A stretch of DNA of 17,376 nt from a virus. Lineage: Duplodnaviria > Heunggongvirae > Uroviricota > Caudoviricetes. Positions 1-7,690 of the stretch are shown here, one piece after another (the stretch's first letter is position 1; each line of letters begins with the position of its first letter). The position numbers and the translations under genes are program-made. Location: IMG/VR virus record IMGVR_UViG_2703718846_000005, positions 1-17,376 of that record. One strand, written 5' to 3'. A model generated the notes under the pieces. The model ran no database searches. It saw only the letters and a program-made list of their open reading frames with translations, and was not told the DNA's origin.

Positions 1-132
1 ATGGCGATGATACGTTGCGTGGATGCGATTTACATGCTGAATGGCTGGCAGCGGTCGGCGGGTGCTAAGGCAGAACTGGCACTGGCGGAGAAGCTGGGGC
101 ATGCGGTTATTTTACAGAAGGCGATGCAGTGA
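1..132 (+). CDS. 3' end of an upstream phage gene (5'-partial; identity not resolved)
   Basis: Open frame from window edge to TGA at 130-132 (..GWQRSAGAKAELALAEKLGHAVILQKAMQ*). Confidence 0.35.
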   Translation: MAMIRCVDAIYMLNGWQRSAGAKAELALAEKLGHAVILQKAMQ

Positions 133-134
133 AT

Positions 135-311
135 ATGTTCTGGATAATCAAAATTGAGCTGTTTGTTATTGTTTTCCTGATCAGTGCATTTCTGGCAGCG
201 GCTTTTATTATCTGGGAAAATCCTTTTCGACATATCAGTCCACTGTTTGCAATCAGGGTGTTAATAGCATCGGTTGTAGTGGTGTGGTTAATTTGTTTTG
301 CATTATTTTAA
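135..311 (+). CDS. Small hydrophobic (membrane) protein, hypothetical
   Basis: ORF track 129..311; ATG at 135; strongly hydrophobic product; AT-rich. Confidence 0.3.
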   Translation: MFWIIKIELFVIVFLISAFLAAAFIIWENPFRHISPLFAIRVLIASVVVVWLICFALF

Positions 312-324
312 TGGAGTTAATGTT

Positions 325-639
325 ATGAACGAAATCAAAGAAATGCCGGTAGAACGTGATGCATATGGATGCTGGACACATCCTGAATATGAAAAATTTT
401 GTGATGGCCGGGAATATATTTCGACGGAAGAATTTAATGCATGGATGAAGGTGAATAATCTTCAGTGGACCATTCGCGCAATGGATGAAGATGATTTTAA
501 TCCGGATGCGGATGGTCCTGATATTGCCGCATGGGAGCCGGAACGACCAGAGGGTGAGGGGTGGTTTATTGGCTCCATTCATGACACGGAAGACGGTCCG
601 GTTTGTATCTGGTTGCGGAATTGTGAGGTGACACAGTGA
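325..639 (+). CDS. Hypothetical phage early-region protein
   Basis: ATG 325 preceded by GGAG (313-316); acidic product; stop overlaps next start (GTGA). Confidence 0.55.
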   Translation: MNEIKEMPVERDAYGCWTHPEYEKFCDGREYISTEEFNAWMKVNNLQWTIRAMDEDDFNPDADGPDIAAWEPERPEGEGWFIGSIHDTEDGPVCIWLRNCEVTQ

Positions 640-965
640 ATCAGATTAACTGTCAGGCACTGCGTGAGGCGGCAGAAGCAATAAAAACAGCAGCCACACC
701 ACAAAAATTGCTGGCATTTCGTATGAAAGCCACACCGCAGGTTGTGCTGGCTTTGCTGGATGAGCTGGAAGCCAGAGACAAACGCATTGCAGAGATGGAA
801 GTAAGGGATGTGCAGTTACCGACTTGCTATGAGCCTCGATATGGTCATCCGATAAATACTGATGAGCGATGCGTCATGATACCCAGTGAGCATGGACGCT
901 GGCTTTATCTGGCTGACTTAGAGCATGCACTACGAGTGGCAGGTATTCGCATCAAAGGAGAGTGA
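636..965 (+). CDS. Hypothetical phage protein (possibly Ead/Ea22-like)
   Basis: GTG start overlapping upstream stop (GTGA, translational coupling); N-terminal ..QALREAAEA.. helical region reminiscent of Ead/Ea22-like prophage proteins (from memory, unverified). Confidence 0.5.
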   Translation: MNQINCQALREAAEAIKTAATPQKLLAFRMKATPQVVLALLDELEARDKRIAEMEVRDVQLPTCYEPRYGHPINTDERCVMIPSEHGRWLYLADLEHALRVAGIRIKGE

Positions 966-966
966 C

Positions 967-1323
967 GTGGAAATAACCCCAGAAGATGAGTCCGGGAATA
1001 TTGTTTTATTTCCGGTAAAAGAGGATGACCCACGTAATCAGGTGAATTTTCTTTATGAGCCATCGGAAAGACCATACTGCCATCACGCTTCTGTCCGGGT
1101 TGACGAAAAAGAGCGTCAGGTCCGCTGTAAAATCTGCGGTGCAGTTGTGGAGCTGTTTGACTGGATGCTCTCAGTGGCGAAAAGAGAAACCAGACTGGCA
1201 GATGATGTAAAACAATTGCGTCAGGAGGAACGGGAAAGACGTAAAAATATAGAAAAGCTAATTCAGATTGAGCGTAATGTGAAAGCGCGGATACGCAGGG
1301 CGACAAAACTTAGCCCAGAATAA
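967..1323 (+). CDS. Hypothetical phage protein with Cys-x17-C-x2-C motif and basic coiled-coil C-terminus
   Basis: GTG 967 one nt after upstream TGA, AAAGGAG at 954-960; in frame with ORF 925..1323. Confidence 0.5.
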   Translation: MEITPEDESGNIVLFPVKEDDPRNQVNFLYEPSERPYCHHASVRVDEKERQVRCKICGAVVELFDWMLSVAKRETRLADDVKQLRQEERERRKNIEKLIQIERNVKARIRRATKLSPE

Positions 1324-1413
1324 TCAACATTATTATTGAAAATATAATCCTTAACCGGAGGGATTTCTGCACCCTCAGAACATCAGGAGGCCGCCCGAAA
1401 TGGCGGTAAGACA

Positions 1414-1587
1414 ATGCGAAAAATCAAAATAGTTATCGAAACGAGGATTGTTGGTAACGTGCGTGAAGATGTATTTGAAGTGGATGATGACGCGACTCCT
1501 GAGGAAATAGAAAACGAGGCAATTGATGTTTTCTTTAATCACTGCAATTACTCAATTTACGAAATAAAAGACGAAGTGGAAGAGTAA
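1414..1587 (+). CDS. Small acidic hypothetical protein (57 aa)
   Basis: ATG 1414 to TAA 1585-1587 (MRKIKIVIETRIVGNVREDVFEVDDD...); below the 60-aa cutoff of the ORF track; stop abuts next start (TAAATG). Confidence 0.4.
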   Translation: MRKIKIVIETRIVGNVREDVFEVDDDATPEEIENEAIDVFFNHCNYSIYEIKDEVEE

Positions 1588-1950
1588 ATGGCGACTTTGA
1601 CCAAAGAAGAACGGTTTACCAAAGAGCAGTTAATAGCCCACGCAGAGGAGGCTATTGAATCACAGAGACTGTGCATACCAGGCACAATCGACCATGACCT
1701 CATTCGCGCATATAAGATGGATATTGCTGTTCTGGAAATTGCACTGCAATCGCTGGCAGCAGCGCCAGTTGGTAAATTTTATGAATACAAACCAGTGGGA
1801 TATCAGCGTCTGGTCGATGAGTTAACCATGCTGGTAAAGCAGTTAATCTGGCAACTGAGGAAAGCGAAGCCAGACTGCAAATTACCGGATAAGGCGATGA
1901 GTTATCTGGAGCGGAACGGACTGATAAGCGTGGAGGATATTTTACGATGA
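1588..1950 (+). CDS. Hypothetical phage protein (120 aa)
   Basis: ORF track; ATG directly after upstream stop; stop overlaps next ATG (ATGA). Confidence 0.55.
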   Translation: MATLTKEERFTKEQLIAHAEEAIESQRLCIPGTIDHDLIRAYKMDIAVLEIALQSLAAAPVGKFYEYKPVGYQRLVDELTMLVKQLIWQLRKAKPDCKLPDKAMSYLERNGLISVEDILR

Positions 1951-2030
1951 CCTGGCCTGAAGCATTCACAACGGCAGGAATTGCAATGGCGGTGGCGCTG
2001 GTGGTGTATTCGATTTGCCGCTGGGGATAA
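1947..2030 (+). CDS. Small membrane peptide (27 aa), hypothetical
   Basis: ATGA overlap with upstream stop; hydrophobic [27 protein letters not shown]; followed by strong terminator. Confidence 0.3.
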   Translation: MTWPEAFTTAGIAMAVALVVYSICRWG

Positions 2031-2036
2031 CAAACA

Positions 2037-2066
2037 AAAACCCCGGATTGACGGTCCGGGGTTTTT
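2037..2066 (+). terminator. Rho-independent terminator closing the early small-ORF operon
   Basis: CCCCGGA-ttgacgg-TCCGGGG hairpin followed by TTTTT. Confidence 0.8.
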
Positions 2067-2289
2067 GAAGGAAACAAACAGAAACAACAATTGCCGTTAT
2101 CTGTTGCCACCAATGACAAGTAAACGTATCTCAGGCGAGCGCATTGCGCCGTTCTGACGCGGATACATTAGCCTGGGCAGAAGGTTCTGGAAATAAAAAA
2201 TAGCGTTTTCTTATCGGTGTCGGTAAGATTGTTGCGGGTGCTTGAGGCTGTCTGCCTCGGGCATGCCACTGTAAGGCAGACAGAGAAAA

Positions 2290-2356
2290 GCCCCAGTTAA
2301 CATTACGCGTCCTGCAAGACGCTTAACATTAATCTGAGGCTCAATCTATGAACGGC
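2290..2356 (-). ncRNA. sok: Sok-like antisense RNA (type I antitoxin) with its promoter
   Basis: Minus-strand promoter TTGCCT-17 nt-TAACCT (plus coords 2391-2386 and 2368-2363), matching my recollection of the R1 sok promoter TTGCGC-17-TATCCT; transcript would be antisense to the mok start region. Ends are approximate. Confidence 0.45.
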
Positions 2357-2560
2357 AAATCTAGGTTAGCCTCTTACGTGCCGAAAGGCAAGGAGAAGCA
2401 GGCTATGAAGCAGCAAAAGGCGATGTTAATCGCCCTGATCGTCATCTGTTTAACCGTCATTGTGACGGCACTGGTAACGAGGAAAGACCTCTGCGAGGTA
2501 CGAATCCGAACCGGCCAGACGGAGGTCGCTGTCTTCACAGCTTACGAACCTGAGGAGTAA
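2348..2560 (+). CDS. mok-like upstream reading frame, in frame with hok (70 codons)
   Basis: ATG 2348 opens a frame that contains the hok ATG 2405 and shares its stop; position matches mok of hok/sok loci. Confidence 0.4.
   Translation: MNGKSRLASYVPKGKEKQAMKQQKAMLIALIVICLTVIVTALVTRKDLCEVRIRTGQTEVAVFTAYEPEE
2405..2560 (+). CDS. hok: Hok/Gef-family type I toxin (51 aa)
   Basis: MKQQKAMLIALIVICLTVIVTALVTRKDLCEVRIRTGQTEVAVFTAYEPEE: single TM helix plus conserved C-terminal Hok motif; I recognise it as HokD/RelF-like; GGAGAAG SD upstream. Confidence 0.85.
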   Translation: MKQQKAMLIALIVICLTVIVTALVTRKDLCEVRIRTGQTEVAVFTAYEPEE

Positions 2561-2628
2561 GAGACCTGGCGGGGGAGAAATCCCTCGCCACCTCTGATGT
2601 GTCAGGCATCCTCAACGCACCCGCACTT

Positions 2629-2650
2629 AACCCGCTTCGGCGGGTTTTTC
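2629..2650 (+). terminator. Terminator at hok mRNA 3' end (copy 1 of 20-bp repeat)
   Basis: AACCCGC-ttcg-GCGGGTT hairpin followed by TTTT. Confidence 0.7.
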
Positions 2651-2717
2651 GTCGCATTATGAGGTTGTAATTTTAGCTACCATTAGACTATCCTAAGGAT
2701 CTCAAACAGATCTATTT

Positions 2718-2735
2718 TGCATCAAATTTGGTGCA
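2718..2735 (+). promoter_or_regulatory. Near-perfect 18-bp palindrome, candidate operator upstream of the Doc module
   Basis: TGCATCAAATTTGGTGCA (16/18 symmetric) about 40 bp upstream of ATG 2776; adjacent AGATCT-centred imperfect repeat. Confidence 0.4.
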
Positions 2736-2775
2736 TGGCTTTGCCAATAATCGGAAAACAAAAGGACTCATTAGT

Positions 2776-2955
2776 ATGAGCTGCCCACTCAAAAAACACA
2801 CGCGGTTGAGTATTCCGCCTCGCGATAAAAGCGTTGTGGCAGTCCCTCGCCCAGCGATTGATGAAAACTGCGCACATCGTGAACAAGTGAAAAATGCTTT
2901 TGATTTCGGTTTTTCTCGTTATGAGAAAGCCATGGAAGAACTTTCAAAAGTGTAA
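2776..2955 (+). CDS. Small protein (59 aa), candidate antitoxin partner of Doc
   Basis: ATG 2776 with AAGGA 10 nt upstream; stop 18 nt before doc start; position typical of an antitoxin, but sequence is not a recognisable Phd/YefM. Confidence 0.4.
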   Translation: MSCPLKKHTRLSIPPRDKSVVAVPRPAIDENCAHREQVKNAFDFGFSRYEKAMEELSKV

Positions 2956-2973
2956 TGATGGGTATTGTGCTCT

Positions 2974-3459
2974 ATGGCTGAGATTGTTGAAGGAGTGCAT
3001 TACCTTACGGTTGATGATCTTGTTGAAATCAATCGTTCCCTAATTGAATTACAGACGCCAGATGAGCCCGTTGGTGTTCTGAGTCCAGATAACTTAAGTT
3101 CTTCTCAGGCCCGTCCCAGCATGGTTCGATGGTATGAACAGACTAATGACATGTTTGTACTGGCATCGGTATTGATTGAAAGTCTGATTCAGAATCATCC
3201 GTTTGCTAATGCGAACAAACGAACAGCTATGATGGCTGGTTACGTCTTCTTGTTGTTGAATGGCTATGAGTTAACAGCACCAGGCGATGAAATCGTGGAA
3301 ATGGCAGAGGGACTGGCCTGCAAAACCTATACTCGAGAAGATCTCGAGAACTGGTTGTGTTATTGGTCTCGCGCGTATGACAGCCGGGAATTATGTAAAA
3401 CAGGCGCAACTATTGTTTTGTATGAAACTATCAAGCTTAAAATAGAACAGCAAAACTAA
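2974..3459 (+). CDS. doc: Doc (death-on-curing) family toxin, Fic fold
   Basis: Contains HPFANANKRTA, matching the Doc motif HxFx(D/N)(A/G)NKR; size about 160 aa; start could be TTG 2965 or ATG 2974. Confidence 0.8.
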   Translation: MAEIVEGVHYLTVDDLVEINRSLIELQTPDEPVGVLSPDNLSSSQARPSMVRWYEQTNDMFVLASVLIESLIQNHPFANANKRTAMMAGYVFLLLNGYELTAPGDEIVEMAEGLACKTYTREDLENWLCYWSRAYDSRELCKTGATIVLYETIKLKIEQQN

Positions 3460-3475
3460 AGGCGCTTCCAATGAA

Positions 3476-3500
3476 AACCCGCTTCGGCGGGTTTTGTTTT
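3476..3500 (+). terminator. Terminator after doc (copy 2 of 20-bp repeat)
   Basis: AAACCCGC-ttcg-GCGGGTTTTGTTTTTT; the 20 nt AACCCGCTTCGGCGGGTTTT are identical to 2629-2648. Confidence 0.7.
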
Positions 3501-3574
3501 TTCCGGGCATTCTGGTTTACAATCTGCACGCCAGCCTGAACAACTGGCACCTGCTGCGCCAGCAGAGAAAACAG

Positions 3575-3853
3575 ATGGCGCACAAGACCAAATTACACAA
3601 TTCTGATAATTCAGCCGCTTTTGCCAGCAGGCACGGGCGGCGTTCTCATGTATTCAAATCTGACTGGTACCAGCATCCCCCATGCACTGAAGAACAGGCC
3701 GAATGGCTGATTCAGTGTTACGGCAGGCGCGGATACGAGGTTAAGAAAGCCCTCAGCCTCGATTATCGTCACTGGATAATCTCTGTCAGGCTCCCTTATT
3801 CCGAACGCCCACCACACCCGTCCCGCACATTCCAGCAACGGATCTGGAGGTAA
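3575..3853 (+). CDS. Hypothetical protein (92 aa)
   Basis: ATG 3575 inside ORF 3494..3853; TACAAT -10-like element at 3515-3520; stop TAA overlaps the GGAGG SD of the next gene. Confidence 0.4.
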   Translation: MAHKTKLHNSDNSAAFASRHGRRSHVFKSDWYQHPPCTEEQAEWLIQCYGRRGYEVKKALSLDYRHWIISVRLPYSERPPHPSRTFQQRIWR

Positions 3854-3854
3854 C

Positions 3855-4904
3855 GTGCGGGTATTACTTCGACCTGTTCCGGTACCGGAACTCGGGCTGG
3901 TGGTCCTTAAGCCTGGTCGTGAATCCATGCAGGTATTTCATAACCCTCGAGTGCTGGTGGAGCCGGAACCGAAAAGCATGCGCGGTCTGCCGTCCGGAGT
4001 TGTTCCTGCTGTTCGCCAGCCGCTGGCGGAAGATAAATCATTACTGCCATTTTTCAGCGATGAGCGGGTGATTCGTGCTGCTGGCGGCGCTGGCGCACTG
4101 TCTGACTGGCTGTTGCGTCATGTCAAATCCTGCCAGTGGCCTCATGGTGACTATCATCACAGTGAAACCGTCATACATCGTTACGGTACCGGCGCAATGG
4201 TGTTGTGCTGGCACTGTGACAACCAGCTGCGTGACCAGACATCCGAATCACTCGGGCAGCTTGCTCAACAAAATCTGACAGCCTGGATGATTGACGTCAT
4301 ACGCCATGCAATGAATGGCACACAGGAGCGGGAATTATCGCTGGCTGAACTGTACTGCTGGGCTGCTGTAAATGATGTAGTGGATGCCATGACCGAAAAT
4401 ATGGCGCGTCGAATCCTGAAGCTTCCGGGTGAAAAAATCCACTCAGTATACCGCGAGAGTAACATCATACCGGGAGAACAGACAGCCACCAGCATACTGA
4501 AGCAGCGCACAAAAAATTTTGCGCCGTTGCCTCACGCCCACCAGCAACAGAACCCACCACAGGAAAAGACGGTTGTAAGTATCACAGTTGATCCGGAGTC
4601 ACCGGAATCATTCATGAAGCGGCCTAAACGTCGCCGCTGGGTGAATGAGAAATACACGCGCTGGGTAAAGACACAGCCGTGTACGTGTTGTGGTAAGCCA
4701 GCAGACGATCCCCATCACCTGATTGGTCACGGTCAGGGCGGAATGGGGACAAAAGCCCACGATATTTTTACGTTGCCGCTGTGTCGGGAACATCACAACG
4801 AACTTCATGCAGATCCGCAGGCGTTCGAAGAAAAGCATGGTTCTCAGGTTGATTTAATTTTTCGTTTTCTTGATCACGCCTTTGCAACTGGCGTACTCGG
4901 ATAA
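3855..4904 (+). CDS. DUF968-like prophage protein with C-terminal HNH-type Cys/His motif
   Basis: GTG 3855 with GGAGG SD; C-terminus CTCCGKPADDPHHLIGHGQGGMGTKAHDIFTLPLCREHHNELH; resembles Qin YdfU-type proteins (from memory). Confidence 0.65.
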   Translation: MRVLLRPVPVPELGLVVLKPGRESMQVFHNPRVLVEPEPKSMRGLPSGVVPAVRQPLAEDKSLLPFFSDERVIRAAGGAGALSDWLLRHVKSCQWPHGDYHHSETVIHRYGTGAMVLCWHCDNQLRDQTSESLGQLAQQNLTAWMIDVIRHAMNGTQERELSLAELYCWAAVNDVVDAMTENMARRILKLPGEKIHSVYRESNIIPGEQTATSILKQRTKNFAPLPHAHQQQNPPQEKTVVSITVDPESPESFMKRPKRRRWVNEKYTRWVKTQPCTCCGKPADDPHHLIGHGQGGMGTKAHDIFTLPLCREHHNELHADPQAFEEKHGSQVDLIFRFLDHAFATGVLG

Positions 4905-4916
4905 AAGAGGTTACTG

Positions 4917-5291
4917 ATGGGGATAGAATTTGTTTTGCCTTACCCGCCGACGGTAAACACCTACTGGCGACGCCGTGGCAGCACATATTTTATATCGGAA
5001 GCCGGTAAGCGTTATCGCCGTGATGTGGCACTTATAGTTCGCCAGCAGAGGCTGAAATTAAACCTGTCCGGAAGGCTGGCGATAACGGTTATTGCCGAGC
5101 CTCCGGATAAGCGCCGTCGTGATCTGGACAATATCCTGAAAGCGCCACTGGATGCACTGACACATGCGGGGTTGCTCATAGACGATGAGCAGTTTGATGA
5201 AATCAATATTGTGCGCGGTCAGCTCGTTCCTGGTGGGCGGCTGGGCGTGAAGATTTACGAAATAATGCATGACGGGCAGGTCCAAAAATGA
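4917..5291 (+). CDS. rusA: Holliday junction resolvase RusA
   Basis: ..RRRDLDNILKAPLDALTHAGLLIDDEQ.. matches the RusA catalytic region; AAGAGG SD; stop overlaps Q start (ATGA). Confidence 0.9.
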   Translation: MGIEFVLPYPPTVNTYWRRRGSTYFISEAGKRYRRDVALIVRQQRLKLNLSGRLAITVIAEPPDKRRRDLDNILKAPLDALTHAGLLIDDEQFDEINIVRGQLVPGGRLGVKIYEIMHDGQVQK

Positions 5292-6109
5292 AACTGGAAG
5301 ATTTACCGAAATACTATTCCCCAAAATCGCCAGGCCTGACTGATGTATCCGCCTCGACGTCAAAAGATGCACTGAGTATCACTGATGTGATGGCTGCGCA
5401 GGGGATGACACAGAACCGGGCTGAGATGGGATTTTCTGCGTTCCTGGGGAAAATGGGTATTAGTATGAATGACAGGGTGCGGGCAACAGAATTACTGACA
5501 GATTATGCATTAAGTCAGTGCGATCGTGTGGCGGCGTTAAGGAAACTTCCGGCAGAAATAAAACCGGCAGTGATGCGTATTATGGCTTCGTATGCTTTTG
5601 AGGATTATGCCCGCAGCGCAGCGAGTAAAAAGCAGTGCCCTTGTTGCCATGGGGAAAAATTTATTGAAAGCGAAGTTTTTACAAACAAGGTTCAGTATCC
5701 GGATGGTAAGCCGCCAGTATGGGCAAAGTGTACAAAAGGCGTGTATCCGTCTTACTGGGAAGAATGGAAAAAAATCCGGGAGGTGGTGAAAGTTTCCTGT
5801 CCTGAATGTAAAGGGAAGGGGGAGATCTCCACTGCCTGTAAAGACTGCCGTGGGCGTGGTGTTGCCATTCATCGTGAAGAGTCAGAAAAACGGGGTATGC
5901 CTGTTATCAGGGGCTGCCGGCGTTGTGGCGGTCGTGGCTATGAAAGACTGCCATCAACGGAGGCATTTAATGCCATATGCAAAGTGACGAGTGCTATCAC
6001 GCTTGATACATGGAAAAAATCAGTGAAACGCTTTTACGATACGTTGGTGGTTCGGTTTGACATTGAAGAGGCATGGGCGGAGCGGCAGTTAAAGATGGTA
6101 ACGCGATAG
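5288..6109 (+). CDS. Late-gene antiterminator Q (Phage_antitermQ-like) with four CxxCxGxG zinc-finger repeats
   Basis: N-terminus MKLEDLPKYYSPKSP typical of Q antiterminators of E. coli prophages; sits immediately upstream of the late promoter. Confidence 0.8.
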   Translation: MKLEDLPKYYSPKSPGLTDVSASTSKDALSITDVMAAQGMTQNRAEMGFSAFLGKMGISMNDRVRATELLTDYALSQCDRVAALRKLPAEIKPAVMRIMASYAFEDYARSAASKKQCPCCHGEKFIESEVFTNKVQYPDGKPPVWAKCTKGVYPSYWEEWKKIREVVKVSCPECKGKGEISTACKDCRGRGVAIHREESEKRGMPVIRGCRRCGGRGYERLPSTEAFNAICKVTSAITLDTWKKSVKRFYDTLVVRFDIEEAWAERQLKMVTR

Positions 6110-6112
6110 TGT

Positions 6113-6143
6113 TGTTGATTTTTCCCGAATCTGTGGTAAATTC
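6113..6143 (+). promoter_or_regulatory. pR'-like late promoter (extended -10), presumed qut region
   Basis: TTGATT (6116-6121), 16-nt spacer, TGgTAAATT extended -10 (6134-6143), immediately after Q stop; small hairpin CGCCC-taacgat-GGGCG at 6144-6160 just downstream. Confidence 0.4.
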
Positions 6144-6190
6144 GCCCTAACGATGGGCGTTTTGTGCCTGACGTTAGAAGAATTTTTACA

Positions 6191-6217
6191 ACCCGCCACC
6201 GAGCGGGTTTTTTATTG
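6191..6217 (+). terminator. tR'-like terminator of short late leader RNA
   Basis: CCCGC-caccgag-CGGG followed by TTTTTT, about 50 nt downstream of the predicted late start. Confidence 0.65.
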
Positions 6218-6336
6218 CCCGAAAAACGGTACAGAACATTAAACGCGCTGGTGGTTACGAATACCGGTCTTTCAGCTTGTATTTTTGTAAATCGATATAT
6301 ACTTATCTTGTGACCAGTAATGTCAGGGCAATTGAT

Positions 6337-7080
6337 ATGAATGAAGCCTGTTCTGTTGTTTTTGTTCATTCCCCGTTTGTTGTGCTCTTTGAAGGAAAAG
6401 AGCTCTCTCTTGAAAGTGGTAGTGCACTTCTTGTCAGGGGGGGAGCTGGATCGTTATTGCCCTTTTCGGAATGTTTTCGGCGAATAAGTCTCAGTGAATC
6501 GACAATTAGCCGTTACCTGTTGTGTGGAGACGAAAAACAGGATGTAGTTTTAGTCCGGCAAATACCACGATATCTTTGCGTGAGTTTTCCCAAGGCAGAA
6601 TTGATGGGCATCCTGATTGATTATCTTTGTGAGGAAAAGATTCATACGGACAATTTAGCGGAAATGCTTTCCTTTTCGTGTCTGGCGTTTTTCTCATCAG
6701 AGAAAATGTTTTCGTCGTTTCTGACCGCGTGTATTAGCAATATTAGTGACAGGCTTAGTGCATTGTTTCGTACGGACATTGCAGCAAACTGGACTCTGAG
6801 AGATGTGTCTTCGCGGTTATGTATCAGTGAAAGTTTGTTAAAAAAAAGACTGAAAGAAGAAGGCACCTGTTTCAGTGAGTTGTTGCTTACAGAGAGAATG
6901 AGAATGGCAGCAATGCTGTTGAATCAATCTCGTTGCGCCATCAACAGAATCGCTGCTCAGTGCGGCTATAATTTTACATCTTATTTTATCAGCGTATTCA
7001 GGAGTTATTTTGGTGTTACACCGGCAGGTTACAGGATGGCTGCATTCAATGAGATGAGTTTAAGTGTTACTCAAGAATAA
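6337..7080 (+). CDS. AraC/XylS-family transcriptional regulator (AppY/EnvY/GadX-like), AT-rich moron
   Basis: C-terminal dual HTH (..LLKKRLKEEGTCFSELLLTERMRMAAMLL..IAAQCGYNFTSYFISVFRSYFGVTPAGYR); N-terminus MNEACSVVFV resembles AppY-type regulators; visibly AT-richer than flanks. Confidence 0.85.
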   Translation: MNEACSVVFVHSPFVVLFEGKELSLESGSALLVRGGAGSLLPFSECFRRISLSESTISRYLLCGDEKQDVVLVRQIPRYLCVSFPKAELMGILIDYLCEEKIHTDNLAEMLSFSCLAFFSSEKMFSSFLTACISNISDRLSALFRTDIAANWTLRDVSSRLCISESLLKKRLKEEGTCFSELLLTERMRMAAMLLNQSRCAINRIAAQCGYNFTSYFISVFRSYFGVTPAGYRMAAFNEMSLSVTQE

Positions 7081-7102
7081 TTGAATTTTGCACTCATTGA
7101 AA

Positions 7103-7131
7103 AAGGCTCGCTCCGGCGGGCCTTTTTCATA
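7103..7131 (+). terminator. Terminator after the AraC-family gene
   Basis: GGCTCGC-tccg-GCGGGCC hairpin (one mismatch) followed by TTTTTC. Confidence 0.5.
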
Positions 7132-7264
7132 TCTGCGCCACGCCCGGCGCACATCAAAAAACCACAGAGCCTTTCAGGGGGGAGCTTACGGGATGGTCAG
7201 TGTGACTTTCTCTGTGGGCTGCTCATCCCGGGGCGAGGCTCACCCACTAAAAGGAAAAGTCACG

Positions 7265-7690
7265 ATGTTTGGTATTTTCAAAAAGAAAACCCGTAAGGCT
7301 ATTACTGAAGTGAAGAAAATGGAGAACCGCGACGCAGTGGAGGCGACCGTCTGGGGCGCGTATTCCATTGCATACGCTGACGACACCTGTGACGCGAAAG
7401 AAATTGCGGTACTGGAGAAAACCATTGCAGCACTTCCTGCCTTTGCGCCGTTCTCCGGTGAGATTGCACAAATGAGTGCAAATATCCGCGCCCGTTATGA
7501 AGCATCACCGCGTTCTGCCAATGCTGAAGCTCTTCGTCAGCTGGCTGATGTTGCAGGTACTGATGATGCAGTTAATGTGCTGTGCCTGTGTCTCGATATT
7601 GCTGACCAGGACGGTATTGGTCCGGATGAAGAAGCACAGCTCAAGAAAATTGCGCAGGCGCTGCAGTTGCCACTGGAGCAGTATCTGTGA
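7265..7690 (+). CDS. TerB-like (tellurite-resistance TerB family) protein
   Basis: ATG 7265 with AAAGGA SD; two TerB-like helical repeats (AYSIAYADDTCDAKEIAVLEKTI and VLCLCLDIADQDGIGPDEEAQLKKIAQAL) resembling TerB as I remember it. Confidence 0.65.
   Translation: MFGIFKKKTRKAITEVKKMENRDAVEATVWGAYSIAYADDTCDAKEIAVLEKTIAALPAFAPFSGEIAQMSANIRARYEASPRSANAEALRQLADVAGTDDAVNVLCLCLDIADQDGIGPDEEAQLKKIAQALQLPLEQYL

Noticed and set aside
253-582. 109-aa minus-strand ORF
   Set aside because: Antisense to the plus-strand early ORFs; no start context.
905-1306. 133-aa minus-strand ORF
   Set aside because: Antisense to a translationally coupled plus-strand gene chain; no ribosome-binding site.
1700-2119. 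139-aa minus-strand ORF
   Set aside because: Overlaps the plus-strand 120-aa gene and runs through the plus-strand terminator hairpin; likely a shadow ORF.
3494-3574. Upstream start for ORF 3494..3853
   Set aside because: The start would lie inside the doc terminator hairpin; the internal ATG 3575 is more plausible, though the gene itself remains uncertain.
7088-7264. Long N-terminal extension of the TerB-like ORF (200-aa version)
   Set aside because: The extension starts inside the AraC gene terminator and has junk-like composition; ATG 7265 has an SD and matches the TerB N-terminus.
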